The position numbers and the translations under genes were made by a program. DNA of 64,000 nucleotides from Phoronis australis (Eukaryota > Animalia > Phoronida): NCBI GenBank assembly GCA_002633005.1, contig NMRA01000079.1, positions 448,102 to 512,101 of the forward strand. Direction: 5' to 3'. Each line of letters opens with the position of its first letter. The first letter of the stretch is position 1. Of this stretch, positions 51,982-62,000 are shown in pieces. The notes under the pieces are model-generated. The model was not told the DNA's origin and did not search any database. It saw only the letters and a list, made by a program, of their open reading frames with translations.

Positions 51982-52719
51982 AAGTTCACGGCTGCACGAA
52001 TTGTCCAGTTCACCGTGGGTCACCGTTTTTGTCAGTTGCTCCAGCGAATTATAGTTTTAATTTAGTCAGCAAAAACAGCAGTATCTGAAACTCACCGTGA
52101 TTTACTGCTGACGTTAATGCGTTTCCTAAACTAGACATCTGCCTTGTTCTTCCTGTGTTTACCGGTCTTATCAGGTAATAAAATCTCCATGTTTCGGTAA
52201 TAAAAACAATTTAATATTTTACAAAAAAACAGTCACAAAAGTATGGTAAAAGTACATTCCACACACTAAATTGATATCAAATTTGCAACGAAAAAAATAA
52301 ACATGCTTTCTATTATAAATAGCGATTATACAGAACTGCTAACAACCTTCAAAGCAATCAAGTATTATTATTAATAACAAAAAGATCGTGGTAAAATTAA
52401 GATTGCCATTGACATTGAGAAAAAGTAACAGGAATTTATCGATTTATAGGCACATCAACAGATTAACAGCATCAGTAACAGTGTTTAACAAGTAAAGATG
52501 TAAACAAGAAGCGCTATGAAAAGTAACAAAAATGACCAACCAAGTAACAACAGAGAATGAACCAACGGGATTTAGGAATACAGGTTTGGGCAAAAATGTT
52601 TTTCTGGACGTTTTAACAAAAATATGTTTAACTACTCAGGGCATTATGATTATCACAGCGTTTATCAATAAATATGGTGCTCCATGTCAAGTTATTTTGG
52701 ACACGACGCGCCCATGACG

Positions 52720-53060
52720 TCATAGGCGGGTGCTTGTACTGTTGAAAGGTACTTCTACACTAGTCGTAGCTTGGGCGCCAAGTTGTTCATTCTGTCGGCT
52801 AACAGTGAATATTGGTGAGGGTTGATCGACCGTGTCGTAGAGACGTCGCGGTGCGGTGGTAGAATCACGTATCGAACGTTCTAGATCTCTGCATCTTTTA
52901 GTTTGCTTCCTTTGAATGTGCGACAGAATGATGGCTATAGCTATGAAGAATAGACCGAAAAGCGCCATGACAACAGTTAGAATTCCTACCCACGTGGTAA
53001 ACGATATAGGGGCCTTTGTGCGAACACCGTATTTTTCGTCAGCCTTATTCAGCAAGGCTC
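52720..53060 (-). CDS. Collagen-EGF gene terminal exon: TM helix and tail
   Basis: ttcag acceptor, phase 1; [26 protein letters not shown] then QRKQTKR; ends NSTSTRL*. Confidence 0.82.
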
Positions 53061-56000
53061 CTGAAGAAAAAAAAAAACATAAAAGTAATGCGGTACTGAA
53101 AATTCAGGGTATGTCTTAAGTTCACATTTTTACACAGAGTCTACACAAGAAATTTACGCCAAACTTATGGTCACCACAATTTTTTTCTAGGGTATGTAAA
53201 GTACCTCAAGTTATGATATTATAGTAAAACAGGACCCAGGTCTTGCAAAAGACCACCACTCTGCAATTGTTCTGGTAATATCAAATTTGGACAACTAAAT
53301 TATAGTATTTCATGTATTTTTCCATCTTCACTTAATAGTTGTGTACACACCTGTTTTAACGTTACTTAGGTCTACGCATATGCGGCTACCATAAGTATTG
53401 TAGCACGTGGCTCCCTGGCAACCACCGTTGTTCGTCGCGCACTCGTCAACGTCTGCAAGACACAAGCATGATTGTTTACCACATTTCTCCGTTGTCATTG
53501 TAACTCAATGTATATTGAAAACCACCAGGGTGTGTTAAAGTAGAGTTCAGCCTCCCGTTCAGTAACGCTAAGACCTCGCTAAAAAGCAAGACTTTGCGAG
53601 ATTACGTTAGATATTGCCTTGCATTTTAAATAAGAACACGTGACTTTGACTAGGTTTTAGCTAGGTCCTAGCGTAGGTCCTAGCGTCTACTGAACGCACA
53701 CCAGGTTTCTACTATCTATGGGTCATTTGTCTTTTAGTGATGTACTACGTTTAAAATCATGACTATTTTTTTGTTTACGAAGAATTTGTACCGCATAACA
53801 TTTTCATAAAACGAAGCCTAAACACATGCCACACGGAAATCCATTATCTTTTCCGAGAGAAACAGAGAATTTTTTTATTAATTCATCCCTGTCCTCGCCA
53901 CACTGCCGAAGTAACTAAACGACTCCAGATATACCTCGGTGGCTTAGAGTGCCGTGCCAGCACTTAACATTATGGACTGACACCATCAGGCCGGGGATAT
54001 TTTCCATGAAAACTGAATTAATACGCGCCACACAATTATCCCCCCCAAGAAAAGTATCTCCCCTTCGCTGAAGAAGTCTCATGAACTGCTGTTTGGTTAG
54101 TAAATTTCTTTAACTTATTTCGAAACTTGACTTGTTCACAATTACATGTCAAAATCTTTATTCAGTAACAGTGAAGTGTTATCGTGTCAATTTTTTCGCC
54201 TGCTTAAAAGTATGCTGGACTCTGTTTTGATGGTTTCAGACAATCCTCATTCTATCACCTCCTAATGCAACATTGGCGCCAATCTTGAAGATAAAAGCAG
54301 GAATCGACTAAAACATGCTGGCGATGTAACAGATTGGGCATTATGGTTCTTGATGGGTTGTCTTTCTCCGCAGTTGCCTTGTTATTCGTCGTCCCTTCAG
54401 CATACTTTTAAGTTTGTCGAGGGTTATAAAGCTTTATTTTGTTTCGTAAATTTGAATGAGATGTCGTTTTTACGCAAAAAAAGAATTGGTATCCTTTTGA
54501 GTCTACAGTTAATTTTCACGAAACTGACCTCTGTAGAACTAAGTTATGTCGAGCCGGAACCACAGTTCCGTTTGAGCGTACTTTTTTTATTATACTTAAA
54601 CCATGCTTGCCTATAATGCAAATGAATGTTTTTTTACCGTCACAGTGATAGCGGTCAGCGGCGAGCGTGAAGCCGGAATAGCATCGACACAAGTAGGACC
54701 CAGCGGTGTTGACACATTCTTGATCACATAATCCACTCACAAGATGGCCGCCGACGGAAGCGGACAGTTGGCATTCGTTAACGTCTGTAAGTTGCGTCAA
54801 TGAAAATCTCAAAAACATGGAATTGAACATTCTCATTTACATTTATAGATTTAAGATATCATTCGTGACTGTTTCGAGTGATACGATTGATGTTCCCAGT
54901 AACACGCTTTCTATGTCTTTATACCTGATGTATACTGATGATGTGACTTTCTTGAAAAGTACGTGAGTGAATTAATTTGAACTGGGTTCGACTTTAGTGG
55001 GTCCCAGGTATGCTGTTGTTATCAGCAATGGTGACATCAACAATGTTTTAGGGATCTAATTTAAAAAAAAGATAATATGGAAGCTAACCTATCGTTTATC
55101 ATACCTAGACACAGAAACTTGTTGTTTGGATCCACGCGGTAACCAGGGTTACAGCGACACTCGTAGGCACCGTAGAAGTCGACGCACGTGTGCTGGCATC
55201 CGCCATTTTGGTTCGCACATTGTCTGATCACTGAAAAGACCAACAGTACTAAATGCCAGTAGCGTAAGAAACTTCTATCATAACAATGTCGTTGTTTAAT
55301 TCAGTTTGGATTTTTTCTTTAATTCTACTCTGATGCCACGACATGCTAAGCCATAGAAACAAGCCAAATTGATTGACTCAGATCATGAAAGGTGTGAATA
55401 AATTTAACATTTAAGTATCTACTCCATTTCCTATTCCTAAGATCTCTACTTAATTTGTACCTGATGATGATGGAAAGTCTTACCTGATGCTCCCGACGAC
55501 CCGGGTGGTCCGGGGGGTCCAGGTGGCCCGGGAACGCCGACGCCACTTACTCCCTTTGGACCAGTGGAGCCTTGAGAGCCAGATGGTCCTATGGTATAGC
55601 CATAAACAAGGTGAGTATTGATCTTAACACGCTCACTATAGGTCGTAGCCTATACTAGGCATCAAATCTTCAGACGTGTCCATACAATATTTTCATTGGT
55701 GTGAAGCTGCATGTAATATATACACAGTGAAGAACAGTGGTGGACATTGCGCCATATTTACAAACGTTGCAACGCTGCCAGTTGCCCAGTGCAATCCTCT
55801 CGCCGTCGTACTTGAAACCCACTCTAGGCAAAAGAAGATTTGTCACGTCGTTGGTTCTTATGTTATAGTGCGCTGCATCGAAAGGCTGATTTAATGTGAT
55901 CGTCACCGCAAGAGAATGGTTGAAATGCGGTTGTGACCTTTGGAGATTTTTCAGTTTTAAATAATTAGCATTCAATGCCAATTGACTGGCCACGAAAGAT

Positions 56001-59000
56001 CCGATGCTTCCCAGAACCAATGATGTCAGATCATGGATTTGCAATTGACCCAACTGATATTAGTAAAGACAAAGTCAAAAGAATATCCCACACTTTTAGC
56101 AACTGGACCCATTGTTATATATTCTCACTCTGCTAGGGCTTGGCTCTAAATGATGTTAGGTTTATCAAATTGTGCATGCCAACCAACAATATCAAGTGCC
56201 ACCGCAATCACCATTCATCCGCACCACAAGACACCGTTACCATTGAATTTACGAAAAACCCTCTGTGGAAAACAATAAGCTAATAAACATGCATTCGTTC
56301 ATTAATTTCATAACAAAATGGTTGGCGAACAGACATTACCTGGGGGGCCCTGAGGTCCCTGTACTGAATAACCTCGTGGACCGGAAGGTCCTTGCACACC
56401 CGGGATTCCAGCTTCACCTTTCGCTCCCTTCGCTCCAGGAAGTCCTGTGGTAAATATTACATATAGAAAGACGTCATCAGCCATGCATCATTTAAAGATT
56501 CTTTACTCAATTGTGTCGCGTATAAGCGTACGCTTTTAGGTAGCCGCTACTATCCCGTGCGCATTTCAAGGTGGAAATTATTCGAATTTGTTATTACCCA
56601 CTCTTGTACTTTTCATTCTGACACAGTTGGTTGAGAAAAGTCAAGTGACAACTGGTGAGAAGAATTTTCTAGACCAGCCAAAAGAAGAGTGGGAAGTCAG
56701 TCGCGGCATCACGCTTTGCTAGCGGAGTTGACTAAACCCTCTCGATAAGTAGCCAAGTAGTTTACCATTATTCAACTGACGTGAAATCATGGGCCTGGAT
56801 TTCAGGGAATGACTGGCAGCCAACTGCGAGAATAGGCAAGTTATAATAAAATCAAAGAACCACGAATCGTGTAGCTCTGTTTAAAGGTAATAACCCCAAG
56901 ACGTCTATTCCATTAAAAATTGCCATTTTCAAAAAATGTGATTTTTGCCCCTAAACACGACTATGTTCCCTTAGCTGGCTGTTTGCTCGGTTTTAATCAT
57001 AGACTTGAATACACACCATCAATTACAATATTGCATTGTGTAAGGCAGTTACACTGGCATATATCTTCGCTATTTGCTCCTTGCTTGAACTCAAAATTGT
57101 CTTAAGTTGACACGTGCGCTTCACTTAAATATGATAAACGCACACACAGGATAGTCTTTAATACGTTTCTTCATCCATAAGTGATCTTCAAAATAATTAT
57201 TTTCTGTAACTGTAAGTTATCATTAATCGTTTAGTTGATTTCCATTTTCCATTTGGAGTTTATTTTGATGCAATTCATTTCTATTCATGAACAAAAAATA
57301 AACCATCAACCAGAACGGTGATTTTTTTATAAATTTATAACGAGGCCTAAATGACATGAAAGGTTCATTAACACCTGAGCCGACGCCAGCTCACCTGGAG
57401 CACCGACCACAGACTTTCCGGGGGCACCTTGCGCGCCCGGTGGACCTGGCTGCCCGGGTGGGCCCACGATACTTTCACCGGGGCGACCCTGTATACCATT
57501 CGCTCCTGGCAGTCCAGGGAAACCTCTGGCGCCAGACTCGCCCTTAGAGCCCGCTGGTCCGGGCAAACCTAACAGAGAACACAAAGTCATGTTGTATTTC
57601 GTGAAACTGATGCTGGTGTTCCGCATTCAGATATCCTTGATAAACGATAAATTATTAGATGTACACTGTACATGCGCGCACCCAGGGGGGGAGGGGGGAG
57701 GGGAGCCCCCATTTGGTGAAGTAGGCAAAAAGGTCCGCCTCAGAGAAACAAAAAGTCCGAGGAAACGAGACAAAGGTCCACTAAAAGGCGTAGACTTACA
57801 CTTCACTGTACTGAAGGTGGTCCCCCGTCCTTTAGCTTTTTTGTTAGCGCAAAAGGTCCACTGGTCAGAAATTAAAGGCTGGGTGCGCGCATGCTGTATA
57901 AAAGTATTTTGTCACTAGTCAAGTTCATGCACGTTATAAATGGTTTTTGAATTTTTCACCAGTGTCTACATTCAGTCATTGTTACCAGATATCAAGAGGT
58001 TAAGTACCGGATTATAATTAAGCTACATCTCAGATACGCAGGCAGGTTTGGAGGTGATTCGTAGCCGCAGGTGACCCTGTTAGGTAAACTCGATGAAAAG
58101 AACTTACGTAGTGAAGGAGGAAGCAAAATTCTGGCCACCGGGGACTACCTCAAAAAGCGACCGCGGCCGGGATAAGGTTGTGACCACCAGGAATGCCCCA
58201 CACACTTGTTACAACTTAGGAACATGAAAAAACTTAGTCCAGCACTAGCTTTGGGTGTTTGAGAGCCCCCATGGAAAGCAGTGACAATTGATGGGGCTAC
58301 CCTCATTGTAAATATTACAAAAATAAATAAGTAAACTCGCCTTGTAAGCCCTTCTGTCCGTCAGCGCCGGCAGGTCCCGATACACCAGGAGGACCGCTGG
58401 CTCCCGGGTCACCCTTCGGTCCAGTCTGCCCTTTCACACTTACAACGCTGACGTCTCCTTTTGGACCGGGAGCTCCCGGAGATCCCACTTCTCCTTTTCT
58501 TCCGTCGACACCCGGGGCGCCCGGGACTCCTCGATCACCCTTGATGCCCGCATCCCCCTTCTGCCCTTCGACACCCCGCGGGCCTTGTAGTCCTACATGA
58601 TAAGATGTTATGTTTCGTATGAGCTTTTGCAACAGTTTCCAGTACAAAACAGCAGATCTAACAGCGTGTGCAAGCTAGTTGGAACGACATCCTCGACGCT
58701 CCTCATTTGTGCGAAAAATTGCTCAACATCGAAAATTGTAGAAGAAAGCCTACTTTAATTTCTGCCTACACTGAACACTTAGCATCATGTATGAAGCGTA
58801 AGCATGAAACACATGCTACAGTGCTTACTCACAAAGATTTGTTTTTGATTTGGAGGGTCATCATGTCGCGCTGGCACGTGCTCCAGAAACTATCCTTATA
58901 TAAGAAAGGTCAGTTTAGCACAGACGCGCGAAAAGGAAAATGACGCGGTAATAGTCCAGATATAAGATCGCCTTCAAAACCTTAACATACTTTTAGTTTA

Positions 59001-62000
59001 GATCACTTGCCGTTGTCGAATTAATTGTTCATTAGACAAGCTGAAGACCATATCGGGGCTTCAGTCGAAAAGCACTGACATTTCGTATTGTTAGATGCCA
59101 GGCAGTACAAGTTAGTTGGTCACGGCGTGTCAATTACTGTCTCCATGAATAGCAAATTGTCAGTTCTACACAAACCAGATCACTTCCCATTTGAATATTA
59201 TTAAAACTCGAGAGCAATGTCGTTGCGGTATTTGACCTAAGTCAAAAGCTCGCCTTCTCAACGGAACGCGGGTCTATATTTGTAGAAAAGAAAAGCTGCA
59301 ATGAAGATACCTTGAGGTCCCGAGATCCCCGCAACGCCCTTGGCACCTTTAGCCCCGCTAACACCTCGTGCACCCACGGCACCAGGCTCTCCCTTCTCAC
59401 CCAGCGAGCCACTCGTTCCACGTTCACCCTTGACGCCTGTTGACCCGGGTTCACCTAAACGAAAAAGCAATGCCGTATTGTGGAAATCACTGGAATGCTT
59501 ATGTGTCAGATTTCCCCCCACATGTGTAAAATGACACAGTAATAATGCGCCCACATACAAATATGTGGGCTCACAAAAAGCGACCCATCGTATCTACACT
59601 CCTGTTTGCTTACCAATCCGTTTGATCTATGAGGCAAAGATTTTACTCTCACCTTTAAATCCTCTAGCTCCCGACAAGCCAGGGATACCTGGCGACCCCA
59701 TCAGACCTGGTAAACCTTGGTCTCCGTTTGTGCCAGAGACACCACGTGCCCCTGAAACGCCAGCAACACCTGGAAGATGATTATAAATTAACAGTTAATT
59801 AAAGCTCGCATGTTATACATTCTCATCAATGGCAATGTCATTTAATTTTTATGGCACCTACGGAATAAAAAAAATATCTTGGAAGGTCATTTCTGTTAAA
59901 AGATACCTGAAAATACAAGACTGATAAGAAAATTTGTAATTACTTGTATTTCTCAGAAGATTAAATAAATTATTATGATGAAATGAATTTGCATGACGGT
60001 AAACGAAAGTGGTTTTTGAAATCTCCTTTACTACAAAGCCAATACCACACTCCACCAAATCTTCAAACATTGTCTTCACCTGGAAATCCCTGTTCACCCT
60101 TCGCCCCCGATGTACCCGGCACGCCGTCGTTACCCTTTTCACCTTTTGCACCTGGTATGCCATCCAGGCCCCGGACACCATTGTTACCGGGAGGTCCCGG
60201 CAAGCCTCTTGAACCAGAAACGCCGGGACTTCCGGGAAAACCCGTGCTTCCAGCAGATCCTATGGAAAAACAGAAGAGCGCACGTGTTATCAGCGAATTC
60301 GTCCAACTTTCACGAGCACAGTTTTCATAAAGAAACAAAATACGTTGTCCTGGTGTACTGGACGTTTATCGATATACTGGTTTAAATTGGATATAACGTT
60401 CAAGTTCTTACAACTGGAGTTCTTTGTCTTCTGTTGGTGCCAATGTGCTGACGCCAACGTGGCGTTTTACAGCGAGAATACGTCTGAAGTTTGAAAGACC
60501 ACGTGCTATTTTTCCATATACAAGGCTATGTAAACTTATATCCTTTTATGAAGGTATGTGACAAAATGTTGCCACTTTTCGGCTGCTACCTTTGAAAACC
60601 CCCACGTGGTCTAAAACGTACTGGAAACTTACTATTCGAATAAAAGTAACATAGGGGCTGTGATCAACTATTTACCTGGCGAACCAGTTGGTCCCCGATC
60701 TCCTTTCGCCCCGTCTGATCCCGGTAAGCCGCGCTGTCCATTGGCACCGGACAACCCTGGCGCTCCCGTATCACCAGTCAGACCTCTAGATCCGGCTGTG
60801 CCCTTGGAACCGGCATTTCCTTTTTCACCTTTTTGTCCATGATCACCGCGAACACCCACACCTAGTGCACGGGTCATTTCGACGTAGTTAATATTAATGT
60901 TTACAATAGGAATCTTGCTGCCGTTTAGACTGACCTTTTCATGGACTCCGAAGGAATGGCTTTTTGAAAATCATCCAAGGAAACCGGTTCACTTTTGTAT
61001 TTCGAACTTCTATAAAGGCTCGTTTTCTAATAACGCAAATCGTCAGGGTATGAAATTTTTGTTGAGTAATGCAGTACTCATTCTTGAGGACATGCCATAT
61101 CTTCTTGTTTTACTTCAGGCTAGGTCTATTAGATTAAAAATTCACCTGTCAATGTTTATGAAATTAAGTCCTAAAATGTGTAGATTCTGGAATAAAACCG
61201 TCCGAAAGTCAGACTTTCATGTAAACCTTCTTTGAGCCCACTCTTTAAACAGGGGCGGATCCAGGATTTTGAGTTGGGGGGGGACAAGACAGAGCATTAG
61301 CCAGGATTTTGCCCGACAGAAATTCGCACCCTAGAACCGCCAAATGTAATCTGGGAGAATTTTAGGGGGCCCATGGTCCCCTTGGCCCCCCTCTAAATCT
61401 GCCACTGTTAAATGAATGAGTATCCTTATTTTGTCCGCTACATTCCTTGTCAGACTAGGTTAAGTGCCCCAACCCTCTCCCCTTCTAGTCACACAAAACA
61501 GTTCACTAAGGAGAATTACGTATTTAAACTGCAGTGTGCATTACCTTTAAGGCCGCGCTCTCCCTTAGCACCACTGACGCCGGGCACTCCGGGTGACCCA
61601 GTGTCGCCCTTGCTGCCTTTCGCCCCTTCACCTCCGTCGTTCCCGTCGACCCCAGGAGAACCTTTCGGTCCTACAATTCCCTGTTCACCTTTAGTACCTT
61701 AAAAAAACAGTCGGAACATCAGGTGCTTGAAAATTCGTCACCAGGCTGGTTCATCACCAACGCACATAAGCCCAAAAGTTATCAATCGTTCTACTTAAAG
61801 TTGGAACGAACGAGCTATATAAAGACAATTTCTGTAAAAATTGCTCAAGCGACGCGGACAATTTCGTTTTGTCAGACGCCTCAACAAAAATCTTTTGTGA
61901 AAATTTTAACCTACACCAGGCAAAACTTCGAACGTTTCCAGTTGTACAGTAATACAACTAGGTATTTTCCCCAAATTGGAGAATTATTACCGGCCGTACA

